Shown: positions 1 to 13,100 of the stretch, one piece after another | Numbering within the stretch: the first letter of the stretch is position 1 | Layout of the letters: each line of letters starts with the position of its first letter | Position numbers and translations under genes: made by a program | The notes under the pieces: model-generated | Database searches by the model: none | The model's input: the letters and a program-made list of their open reading frames with translations, nothing else | What the model was told of the DNA's origin: nothing | Assembly: GCA_964016885.1 (NCBI GenBank) | Contig: OZ024746.1 | Location: forward strand, 60,388,001-60,452,000 | Length of the DNA: 64,000 nucleotides | Direction of reading: 5' to 3' | DNA from: Eledone cirrhosa | Taxonomy: Eukaryota

Positions 1-2326
1 TCTTTCCAGGCCTGATTTTCAGCTTTTTGTTTATGGCTCTATTTACCCTATCATTCCACCACCATGTCACCTTCCATCTTACCTTGCTCCAGCCACAGAT
101 TTAGTCTGTAACTTTCAGCATGTTGTCTCATAGAAATTTTTCTCTATGCTATAGGTCTGCATCTTCTTTTCTTTTACTATCCTGTCAAGTAGGATTTCTC
201 TGAATTTGTTGCCAGCTGAGGGTGCCTTCAGTTTTTATGTCCTTTTACTCCAGATTAGCTATTGCCTCCAAGATCATTTGGCCTTTTCTCTAAGTTCACC
301 AATAACTAATTTTTGCATGAGTCCTGCAATACTCCATGCCAGAGAGACAAAGACCTTGATTGCAGAGAACCAAATGTAGTCTAGAAAGAAATCAAGCGAG
401 CATACTCTAGTGGATGTGTAATGTACATGAATGGCATATCATAAGTGAGCTGAGAGAAAAACTCTATAAGAGTGGTCTGATGCAATAGTATGGATTTATG
501 ATGTATATGGAAGATGATAACGGTATAAATAATTGCAGAGAAATCTCAGTGGATGGGACTGGTGCAAGAGGTAGACCTGGAAAGACACGGGGTAAAGTAG
601 TAAAGACTGACTTTAAGAAGCTGACAGTACCTCTAGCTCTAGTGTTGGTGATCTACATGATAAATCCACCCAGTTCACTCTGTAAAGAGATTTGTGATAA
701 GAAGACTTGCCAAAGAAAAGGTTGGGAAGACTCTTTAGTTGTATCAAAGATATGACAACTTCCCTACTGCTGGTGCCACTATAAAATGTACTTGGTAGAG
801 TGCAGTAACATATGTAAGCAAGAAGCAGGTCTCAAGCCCATCTGTGAAGGTGCCACCATAAAATGCACACCGTCCACTTGGTACAGTGTGGGAACTTATG
901 TAAGCAGGATGTGGAACCCCAATCCATCCAATAGGTCAGTAGCTCCACTTAAGTACTTAGTTAGAAAGTAGATATCAAATGATGATGTTTGGAGCATAAC
1001 TTAAAATAGGTTCTTACATAAAATTATGATGGATAGATAAATTAGTGCCATGACAAAAAAGCATCCAGTCTGCCCTGTTTGGTGGTTGTACTGCTGTGAC
1101 AACAAAAAAGCATCCAGTCTGTTCTGTAAAGTGGTTGTAGTGGTGTCATGATAAAAGCTCCCATTACACACTGTAATGTTGTTGGCATTAGGAAGTGCAT
1201 CCATCCGTAGAAAACACTAGCCAAAATCAGATCTGTACAAGCAAGACATGGTTATCTAACCCATGGAAGATGTACGTTAAATAGAGATGATGATCATAAA
1301 CACTTTTAGAATGACCATCATCATCAATTGATATCTGTCTTCCTGGCTAGCAAGGGTTGGATGGGTCTTCACAAACCATGACCATACTCAAGGGAAGCTA
1401 TTGACCCCTTGGACAGGGTGAGAGTGCCTACATCTCACTTACATACTTACATATATTCCTGTGCTCTACCAAATGCATTTTATCATGGCACCTGCACTAG
1501 AAAGGTTTTCAGTCATTAACTCCAATGTAGAGCCCTCTCTACCCTATGGGGGAGGATGATAAGTATGATGTCATGCATGTATGACACGTGTGAACACACT
1601 GCCTATTATTTTCACATAGTTTGAGAATAATCAAGGTAAGAGGTGGGTTGCGTTGGGGATAAATGAATATATTTTTTTCAAATCCATGCCAGCATGGAAA
1701 AGGGATGAATTAACTTTCTCGTTATTAAGCTGAAGTTTAGGGTGGTTGATTGGCTGAATCAGTAGAACGTTCAGCAATATGCTGTGAGGCATAGAGTTAC
1801 GTCCCTTTACATCTGAGATCAAAGTTAGCTTTGTCTTTCATCCTTACATGGTCGATAACTAAAGCACCAGTAATGCACTGGGATCGATTTTATTGACTTT
1901 CTTCTCCCAAAAAATTGTTATCCTTGTGCCTAAATGTAAAACCTTTATTAACCTTCTGGAGGCTCCAGGAGCATTAAGTCGCCGATAGAGTAATCTCCCA
2001 TTAATATATAACGCAGTGTCAAGGGAGGTAATACATAAAAATTTCTAGCGTGCTGAAGATTAAGCTGGAGTTTAAAACACAAAGGTTTGTATATAAAATT
2101 ATGATGGAAGGATTTTAGATAAATGTAGAAATTTTACAGTAAACAGTTTCATATCTTAGAACCATCAGTTTCAGACATTTTGGAATGGAAGGCATTAATT
2201 AACAGGCATGAAAGGCAGAAGAAATTTTGTGGTCCTTCATTATTGTGTTCAGGTACCACCATACCCAATCACAAAATCTAACCACTGTATTATACAATCT
2301 CTCTATTATATGACCACTATACTAAA

Positions 2327-2432
2327 TAACTGGCCACAATATCAGCTGACTATAACTACAACTGACCATAGCATTAACTGACCACAGCCTTAACTGACCA
2401 CAGCATTAACTGACCACAACCCTAACTGACCA
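2327..2432. repeat. 16-bp tandem repeat (taactgaccacagcat), ~6 degenerate copies
   Basis: Direct inspection. Confidence 0.85.
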
Positions 2433-2479
2433 TTGTTATTTTCTCTGTCTCCTCACCACCACCTCCACCATCACCAAAG

Positions 2480-2685
2480 AGTTCATCTAAATCCAATCGC
2501 AGCCACATTACCGTTGAGTTTGAAGAGACAAAGGAGAGCGACCCGGAGAGTGGTGATGGATGTGATGGGTGTAATGATCCTGGAGGTTGTGGCAGCCATC
2601 AACAGAACATCAGCTACACCGAGTGTGACAGATGTAATTGCTTTTGCAGTGAAGGAAACAATGGGAATGCATCTAAAAAACTGAG
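2480..2685 (+). CDS. BRIP1: FANCJ exon ([16 protein letters not shown]...[18 protein letters not shown]); acceptor position uncertain
   Basis: Open frame ending at donor AG|GTAAAT, phase 2 matching the next exon; weak AAG acceptor. Confidence 0.7.
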
Positions 2686-4128
2686 GTAAATTTGGGCCTT
2701 TTCTATATTTTGATCTACTTTATGCTTGTTCATCACTACTGCTGTTATTTTCTCATCTTTTTTGTTCAGTTCAACATTCTGAGCTCAACTTTCACCACTT
2801 CTGCTTGTTTTACTTGGTCTTCCGCTTCCCTGGTTTCCTTCCACTTGGATCTCCTGTTACCGTCACCCACTAATCATCATCTATACACATTACATACCCA
2901 TACCATCTCAGTTTTCTTGCTTGCTCATCACATCGTGTTTGTCTTAAACCCAATTTTTTTCTCAACTCATCTGTGCTGCATGTTTAATTATATATTTCTA
3001 GCCTTCACATTCAGTGCCCATATCTCACTACCATGCAGCATTGTACTACATATGCTGACATCATATAGTCTACCCTTTGCTCAACACCACACTACATACA
3101 ATATACAATATTACATTATGTACACAAACATATAATCTCCCTTTTACTCAGAGAGAGAACCTCTTTGTTGTCAGTCTTTTCTCATTCTCTTTTACCCTGT
3201 TATTTCAGAGTTCCCAAGATCTTCTTTGGTACACGAACACACAAGCAAATCAAACAGATTGTTGCAGAACTAAAAGAAACCCACTACAAAGATGTGAGGT
3301 ATGTGTTCTTAGAGAAATGTGTAGTGTATGTATGTCTGTGGGGTGTTGGTAGCTGTTATTATTTAGCCCCACGTATACTCTGATTGAGCAGGCTTGTGAT
3401 CAAAGGTATTCCAGCAATGACCATCTCATTTTTTAATCCTTTTCTTAACATATTTCTAATGAAATACATTGTAAATGTGTTTCATTTAATTTTGAAAATG
3501 ATAAAAAAAAATTGAGGAATTTGTTAAAATAACTTTCTCATTGTCTAAAAAGTATTACTTGACTAAAGGCTCTTACATAAAATTATGATGGAAGGCTTTT
3601 ATTATAAGTATGAATACTTTAAAATATAGCAGTTAGGGGGTAGTTTCAGGGGTGGGGGAGTATCAACAAGGTTAAGGATGTGTAGGATTACATTATCTAA
3701 CATGTCACATTATTATATTAAATATCAAGGTGTGTGCAACTATATATTCATAAATGGGAGATGTTAGTAAAATAAACTAAGAAGAATTAATGATACTCAC
3801 TCCAAATTCCCTTACTGCAGTTTCATAGTGTAAGACATCTTAACCAGCCAAGACATCTAACATTGTGAGAAGTCGATAATCATCAGGGAGCTTCTCATGC
3901 AATAAGAGAAATATTTTTTCATGTGGCTGCAATATATGTGTGTTCCAAACAAAAAACATCATGTGCATGATGGCTAGGATGAAAAACACAACAGGTGCAC
4001 GGGTAACCAGTTAAAAGGAGTGCTAGAAATAGCTCACTAACTAGCCTGTCAGTTTAATTCAACCACAGGAGTATAAAATAATTATCAGAGAACCCATGCA
4101 AGTGTGGAAAGCAGACGTAAAAATGATG

Positions 4129-4159
<31 letters not shown>

Positions 4160-7100
4160 GAATGACTTCACTTATAGTTCTAAACAATTTGATTTTATTT
4201 TATATTATGATTTTACAATTTGGTTTTACTAGATCTACAAAACCAAATTATAAAATTAAATTAAATAGTTTAGAACTACAAGTGAAGTCATTCTTTTCCT
4301 TTTTTTAAATATACCTAACTGTACCAAGGATTTCGCACATTTTCCAATATATATATATATATGAAATATCCAACAGTCACAGAGGTAGATCAGAGTATTA
4401 TGTGTTTGTAAATGGAAGACATGAGTGTGTATATATATATATATATATATATGAGAGCTGACCTCAAATTGCTGAAGCTCACGGAGGAGATGACGAAGGA
4501 CCGTGATGAATGGAGAGATGCTGTGCTGAATAGGACCCGTCCCACCCTTGCAAGCAGGGAAAAGCGGATGTAAAATGATGATGATATGTATATATATATA
4601 TATATCCAAACTTAACCTCCCTATTTCAGAATGTGTATCCTATCAAGTCGAGAGAACCTATGTATTAATAGTGAAGTCAGGCAAGCAGCATCTATCAATG
4701 AGGCCTGTAAAGACAAGATTGAGGTGGGTCATATTTAAATTTTTTTTTCCTTTAAGTTAATTACATGTTATAATTTGTTTTTAAGTGTGTTACCTATTGC
4801 ACCATCCAGTAAACATCTTTATTTTTTTTAACAATGTGTCTATTCTGACATTCTGTTGTACAGTACCAGAATTGTAGCTATGTTAACAATGTGTCTCTTC
4901 TTTCATTCTGTTGTACAGTACCAGAATTGTATCCACCTTAATAATGTGTCTATTCTGACATTCTGTTGTACAGTACCAGAATTGTAGCTATGTTAACAAT
5001 GTGTCTCTTCTTTCATTCTGTTGTACAGTACCAGAATTGTATCCACCTTAACAATGTGTCTATTCTGACATTCTGTTGTACAGTACCAGAATTGTATCCA
5101 CCTTAATAATGTGTCTATTCTGACATTCTGTTGTACAGTACCAGAATTGTATCCACCTTAATAATGTGTCTATTCTGACATTCTGTTGTACAGTATCAGA
5201 ATTGTATCCACCTTAATAATGTGTCTATTCTTTCATTCTGTTGTGCAGTACCAGAATTGTAGCCGCCTTAATGATGTGTCTATTCTTTCATTCTGTTGTG
5301 CAGTACCAGAATTGTAGCCGCCTTAATGATGTGTCTATTCTTTCATTCTGTTGTACAGTATCAGAATTGTAGCTATGTTAATAATATGTCTATTCTTTCA
5401 TTCTGTTGTGCAGTATCAGAATTGTAGCTACCTTAATAATATGTCTATTCTTTCATTCTGTTGTACAGTACCAGAATTGTAGCTACCTTAACAATGTGAA
5501 GAGCTTTTGTACCCAAGAAGATATAAAGGGTCATGGTTTAACAGAAGCATGGGACATAGAAGATCTTGTGGAAGTATGTCAGGGCAAAAAGGTAAGTCAA
5601 CTGATAATTCATATCCTTCTACTATTTCAACACGTATTGGGGTAAATTCAAAAGTTGCAGGTTCAACCTTTGGCTCTTTCTTTTTAATGTTGTTATTTTG
5701 CCTCAGGTCAGTCCTACTCTTGTAGGCCAAGGATCTGAGATTCCAGTCGTGACCATCCTGTCCTTTATTCTGACGGTGTATCTAGGATTACTTCTGTGTG
5801 CATCCAATTTAGAATAAGTACAGCATATCCTTGCACGTTGTACGAGGTGGCTAAAAAGGTTGGCACCAGGAAGGGTAATAGGCCATAAAACATTGCCTCA
5901 CAAAGGACCTCCATAATGTATATGAAATTTGTCATGGTGCCTACTAAGCTAACTCCTTGCTTTAGCAGGAAAAATGGCTTTAAAACATTTGCTACTATAT
6001 TCTATTCCTTTTCAATAGTAGCCCAGCAATTCCAAGTATTAAGAAAAACATATGCAAGTTTAGCTGGCCTTTTACCAAGTTACATTTATAGAAGGTTTAT
6101 TGGGTGTTTTAATGATAGCAGCCCCAGTCCTATCATGAAAACCAATGTGAAATAAAACATCTTGCTCAGTAACACAACATATAGTCAGGTCCAGAAATTG
6201 AACCCAGAATCTTATGGTTGTAAATCTAACACTCTAACCACTAGGTTACATGCCTTCAACAAATATTAACCCTTTAATATTTAAACCGACCATATCCAGT
6301 CAGAATATTCTCACCTCTCTCTCTTCAAACCAGACGTAACTGGCCTCTCATACCGATGTTAAGTTATTGTTCTCAAAATAGATATCAAAATCTCATAGAT
6401 TCGATATTATGTTAGATAATTATGTGAGGTAAAGCCTTTACCGTGAAAATACAATAGTAAATATAGAGTATATACGTGAACAGCAAAGCATAAAGGAACT
6501 AAGTGAGAAATTAGGTATAAGAGGGATCAGATGCTGTTTACTCGAGAGAAGACTACGTTGGTAGGATCACGTGATGTACATGAAAGACGACAGCTGTATA
6601 AAAAAGTGCAGGACGATCAAAATTGACGGAAGTTACGGAGTAGGCAGACCCAGAAAAACCTGGGGCGATTTGATAAATTCCGACCTTGCACACTTACACC
6701 TCTCTAAGACAATGTCGCTGGACCGAGATCTTTGGCGCTACGCAGTAATACAGAAAACCCGCCTTGCAAAACCTACAGTCAGTAGGCACCTCTTAATCAA
6801 ATATATACCCCTACTCCCCCCACCAACACCACCCCTTTCTCTGTAAAGTTATGTTGATACCACAACTTCCAGTCCTAAATAAATGAGGTCGTGTAGGTGT
6901 CACGACAAAAAAAAATACACAGTCCACGCTGTAATGTGGCCGTGTAGGTAACACAGTAAAAACCTCCCTGTCCACACTGTAAACGTGGTTGGTGTTAGGA
7001 AGGGCATCCAGCCGTAGAAAACCCTCCAGACAGTCCCATACGAGCGAGACAACCAATCTTGCCTCAAGTGGGACAATTCCCATCCAAACCCATGCTAGCG

Positions 7101-10100
7101 TGGAAGATAGACGTTAAACGATGATGATGATGAGAGTAATGTAAATGCTAAAGAGTTAAGGTGAGGGTGAGCTCTCACATAATAGCTTTATTTTTGTTGT
7201 TTTCATATTTTTCAGTTATATTTGTAATAATAATCTTTGTTTTTTTGTTTCTTCTCTTTTTCTTTGCTACTCATTACAGGTGAGAGCCTGTCCCTATTTC
7301 CTCACAAGATCACTAATGAAGGTGTCAGATATAATATTTTGCCCCTACAACTATCTATTGGACCCATCTATACGCCATATCGTAAGTTGAAAAGATACGC
7401 ACTTTATTATTATTATGCCTTTCATCCTTACGGGGTCGATAAAATAAAGTACCAGTAATACACTGGGTAATTTGCTGGCCTTGTGCCAAAAGTAGAAACA
7501 ATTATTATTCTAAGTATCGGTAAAGAGTCTGACGCCATGTTTTGCAGAAGAGAGTTACCTTTATTGTCTGAGTTCAACTTTGCCTTTCATCCTTACGGAT
7601 GCAGTAATACACTGGGATAATTGCTGGCCTTGTGCCAAATGTAGAAACAATTATTATTATTATTCTAAGGGCGGGCTATTGGCAGAATCGGTAGAGTGCA
7701 GGATACCCTGCTTTGCAACATAGAGTTACGACTCTTTATGTTCTGAATTCAAATCCCCCCAAGGTTAGCTTTGCCTTTCATCCTTACGGAGTCGATAAAA
7801 TAAAGCACTAGTAATTCACTGGGGTTGATTTAATCGACTTTCCCCTCCCCTTCAAATTCTGACCTTGTGCCTTAAGTAGGAACAATTTTTTTTTTTTTTT
7901 TTTGGTTGTCAAAATTGTTAGGACAATGAATTAAATATTATGTGCTGTTTATCTAGTTACATCTTTTTTAATTTGTAACCCTTTTGATATTAAAGTTCTT
8001 CACCTACTTATTCCTGTGAGGATCATGGGACAGAATCATCTCACATGCCTTCCAGAGGATCTTTTAGAAGCAAATTGTCTCCAAATGATCCTGATAGATC
8101 CCTAAATGAGATCAACTGAGCTCATGGATGTAATCCAACCATCTTGTTTGTGGTCAACAGCTAGGTCTCCTGCTGGTTGGCTTTGTCTGTAAAATCTGTC
8201 CAGTGATTATTTCCTTGTCAACCAGAGCTGTAATCTGTTTATGCAGAAAAATAGCAGCTCTACCTAGAGTGACTCCCTAATCTCCGAGCAATGCACCCTA
8301 TCAAGTAATTTTACTCTAAAAACCCTTTAGAGCAACCCCATTTTGGCTGCTTGAATTCTTTTGGTCATGACTCAAGAATCATGGCCACAGGTAAGGGTAG
8401 GCACAAATGATGAATTGAAGATAGCAAGTGTGGCTTTTACACCTACCTCCCTTGTTCTGATGACCAGGAGCATTATTGCACCATTCAGCCTGTTGCCTTC
8501 CATCATTCATGAAAACAGCTCCGAGACATTTGAACTTCTCCACCTGCTTCAGTGTAACTCCAGTCATATGTAAACTGTACTTTGCAGGCTTTCTCAAGAG
8601 AATGAGTGTCCCAGTCTCTGCAGCACTGATTTTCATTCCTGTCCTGTAGCACTTGGCAGTAAACCTAATCAGTACATGTCAGGGGTCACCTTCTGATGAG
8701 TTAAGTAGCACCATGTTGTCTGTAAATATCAGCCAACCGGTCCTACACCCGTCAGTTTTGATATCACTTCCAATCCAGCTGCATATGTTAATCCTGTTCA
8801 TGAAGATTATGAACAGGATACTAAACTGTTTATTTTAAAGTGTTATCATCATCATCATCAACGTTTAACGTCCGTGTTCCACGCTTGCATGGGTTTGGAC
8901 GGGGGTAGTCCCACTTGAGGCAAGAGTGATTGTCTTGCTCGCATAGGACTGTCTGGCAGGTTTTCTACAGTTGGATGCCCTTCCTAACACCAACCACATT
9001 TACAGTGTGGGTCTGGGAGGTTTTTACCGTGTTGCCTACAAGGCCACATTACAGCGTGGACTGTGTGTTTTTTTGTCGTGACACCTACACGATCTCATTT
9101 GTTTCGGCCTGGACGGGGTGGTGTGGATGGGTGGGGGTGGTGGCGGGACGGGGTGTATTTTGTTAGAGATGCCTACTGGCAAGGCGGGTCTTCTCTGTTA
9201 CTGAGTACCGCCAAAGGCCTCGGTCCAGTGACATTGTCTTGGAGAGGTGTAAGTGTGTGAGGTCGGAGTTTATCAGCTCGTCCCAGGTTTTTCTAGGTCT
9301 GCCTATTCCGTGGCTACCGTCTATCTTTATTGCCCTGCACTTTGTTATACAGCTATCGTCTTTCATGCGCATCACGTGTCCATACCAACGTAGCCTTCTC
9401 TCGAGTAAACAACATCTGATCCCTCTTATCTCTAATTTTTTCCTTAGTTCGTTTATGCTTTGCCGTTCACGTATATTACTGTTACACATCCAGCGGAGCA
9501 TGCAAGCTTCGTTCCTCTCTAGTCTGCGTATATCCTCTGCACACAATGCCCAGGTCTCACTGCCATGCAACATTGCTGTTCGTATGCAGGCATCGTACAA
9601 CCTGCCTTTCATTTTTAGGGAGAACCCTTTAGCAGCTAATAGTGGTATAAGTTCTCTGAACTTTTTCCAACCAGTTCTGACTCTAGCTACAGTACTTTCA
9701 GAGCACCCTCCCCCACTGCTGATTTTATCGCCCAGGTAACGGAAGCTGTCCACTATTTCTATAGAACCCTCTGCGCAATTGAAAGAGCTAGTATTTTGTG
9801 GGCACTTGCTGCTACTTATTGCACCAGAACACCGGCCACATGTAAAATCTATGTTCTTAGTTAGCTTACCTGTGATCGCCCAGGTAACGGAAGCTGTCCA
9901 CTATTTCTATAGAACCCTCTGCGCAATTGAAAGAGCTAGTATTTTGTGGGCACTTGCTGCTACTTATTGCACCAGAACACCGGCCACATGTAAAATTTAT
10001 GTTCTTAGTTAGCTTACCTGTGATCCCACTACATCTTTTATGCACCCATACTTTGCATTTAGGACATAAAATGGAGTTTCTACCTACGCCTTTCCTACAC

Positions 10101-13100
10101 ACCGAGCACGACCATTTCCCAGAAGGGACCGCCGCCTTGTTTTCTTTCCTACAAACTAGAACTTTGGTCTTAGCCAGGTTAATTTTAAGTCCTTTTGACT
10201 CTAGGCCGTGCTTCCATGTTTGGAATTTCTTCTCTAGCTCGGCCATTGATTCCGCTATGAGTGTCAGGTCGTCTGCGTATAGGAGTTCCCATGGGCAGCC
10301 TGTCTTGAACTCCTCTGTTATAGCCTGAAGGGCAATAATAAATAGTAGGGGGCTGAGAACAGAGTCCTGATGGACGCCAACTTTTACGCTAAACTCTTCA
10401 CTATATTCGTTGTTAATTCTAACCTGTTATATTTATCTAAAACCTTTCCATTATGGTTTTATGTAAGTACCATTGTTAAGTTATTTCCAAAACATTCCAT
10501 TTGCTTATCCAAGTAATCTTTTCATACGACACCACTTATATATAAAGCCTGTTAGTTTTTTACGCAAACTTGAAGTACGCAAAATCGCTTTAACGCCTCT
10601 TGAAAAAATATTATTAAATATTCACTTTACGCGAATAACACGTGTGGTTTTTTAATTTTTTTTATCAATCAGATATAATGTAACATTAGAATTGACAAAG
10701 GAAATCATCAGAAATAATAATATAGTATATATATTAGTTCATTTTTATTCAATTGTTTCTCTCTCTAGACTTGATTTATGTGCCGTGTTCTATGAACACA
10801 TCTTCGCGTAAAAAGCAAACAAACTGTATATTGTATATAACTCGTACCTGCATAGTATCTAGTCATATACTCAGTGTTCTTATGTAGTATGTCTTTTTGT
10901 TTACAGATGGAGATTAATTTAAAAGGCAACGTTGTGATACTTGATGAAGGACACAATGTGGAAGACTCTTGTCGTGAAACCATCAGCTGCAAAATAACAG
11001 TTTCCTTATTATCAAAGTTAATCACAGAACTAAAAAGTTTAAGTATGTTGTTTATTTGACTTGGTTATCTTACATGTTGTCATTGTACTTATTATGGTCC
11101 CTCTCCTTGTATCTACTGTTAATAAAGTTATAGAAGCAATTTTCATCAATAGCAAATGTGAATCACATGAAGCTGATTGGTAGTAACTGTACCAGTCTGC
11201 ATATCACCATCACCATTACACCCCAATTTCTTTTTAAAATGGGGTCCTATCTCCAAAATATAAGATAAAATGTAAATTGTTGTTTTGTTTTGTCTTATTT
11301 TACTTCCATTTTCACTCCTGTATTTCTAACTTTGTAACTGGCTTTACTAAAACATTGTACTGTAGCTTTCTTGAAACATTGTACTGTAGCTTTCCTGAAA
11401 CATTGTACTGTCGCTTTCCTGAAACATTGTATTGTAGCTTTCCTGAAACATTGTATTGTAGCTTTCCTGAAACATTGTACTGTAGCTTTCCTGAAACATT
11501 GTACTGTCGCTTTCCTGAAACATTGTACTGTAGCTTTCCTGAAACATTGTACTGTAGCTTTCCTAAAACACAATAGTTGCATTTGTAGGACATTTTAGTG
11601 ACTTTCTCAACCCTTTAGCATTTAAACCGGCTGTATCCAACCAGAATTCTCTCATCTCCTGTTTAAATTGGCCGTAACCGGCTGCTCATACTGATTTTAA
11701 AGTATTGTTCTCAAAATAGATAATATCGAAATCTCATAGATTCGATATTATAATGCGAAAATACAATAGTATATATAGAGTAATATAAATGCTAAAAGGT
11801 TACAGCATATTAATAGCGTTCATAAAACTATATTGACTTTCTTCAAACATTGTAGTGGCTTTCTTAAAACAATATATTGATGATATTTATGTCTCTACTG
11901 TTTCTATTCTTTTCCTGATGTGATGATGTTGATGATGATGACCTGATTAGCTGAGAAAAGCCACAGACCAGGCTACTTTCAGTATTTATTAGATTTGGTG
12001 AGTTTGGTGATGATGTAATAATAATTTTCAATAATTGCCGCTACATAACTTATTGATTTACAAACGGAATAAGTGATATTCGGTTTCTTTACCAAATTGT
12101 AACAAAACTGATGGATTGTATATATGCCATGTGTACCCCAGTTTTTAGAAAAGACACACCATATTCTTCTGTGTTATAAGAGGTGACTAAAAAGGTTGGC
12201 ATCAGGAAGGGATCTTGCCCGTGTTCAGTCGTTTGCGTGTTAAAATTATGTGCATTTTGAGCAATGCCTATTAAACGATGTCAGTTTTTTTAAAGAGGCT
12301 TTGAGCGAAGTTGATAAAAATAAAAATGTACTAGAAATCTACAATTTTTTTTGCAAATAATTACAACTTCACAACGGGTAAATAAAAAAAAATTAAAAAT
12401 CAACACATTTTATGGTAGAAAGAACTAAAAATTCACAATGTTTATAATTGAAAAAATTAATTCTAGAAAGAATAAAAAATTCAAAAAGTAATGTAGGCAA
12501 GGTGTCTAAAATAATCTGTAATTTCTAAATCTTCTCTTGATTCAACGGTGCTTTTAATTCTTTGTTCTAAGTTTACGTATGTCCTCTTCTTTTGTGCAGG
12601 TTCTCCTGAACAAATTCCAAAATATCTCATCCGTTGTAGGCTCACTTCCCTTCTTAACCCTTTAGCATTTAAACCGGCCATATCTGGCCAGATTTATCTC
12701 ACCTCTTTCTGTTGAAACCAGTTGTAACTGGCTGCTCATACCTACATTAAGGTATTGTTCTCTGTAGTTTGATATTATGTGAAATAATTATGTAAGATAA
12801 AGCCTTTACTGTGAAAATACAATAGTAAATATAGAATAATGTAAATGCTAAAGGGTTAAAGCCTTGATTAAGAGATTAATCTTCACTGAAATTACCGTTT
12901 GCTCTTAATGTTTCGCTTAAAATAACTTTGTTAAAAATTAACTTTGCTCAAAATAACTTCACTCAAAATGAATGGAACCGATTTTGGCTGTAGCACATTG
13001 TTCCAACCTATACCAACATGGAAAAGTGGACATCAAAATGATGGGGATGATGTGTGCATGTACACTTAGAATTTCTCATTCATCCTCTTCACTCTCACCC

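Noticed and set aside
4828-5498. CRISPR-like appearance of regular arrays (also 34065-35932, 57373-57662)
   Set aside because: No unique spacers, eukaryotic intron context, no cas genes
5825-5880. Possible HDV-like ribozyme relic (g(t/c)tgta(c/a)gaggtg(g/a)ctaaaaagg; also ~12165)
   Set aside because: Too degenerate to build the nested double pseudoknot by eye
11277-11598. Multiple overlapping ORFs
   Set aside because: 24-bp minisatellite
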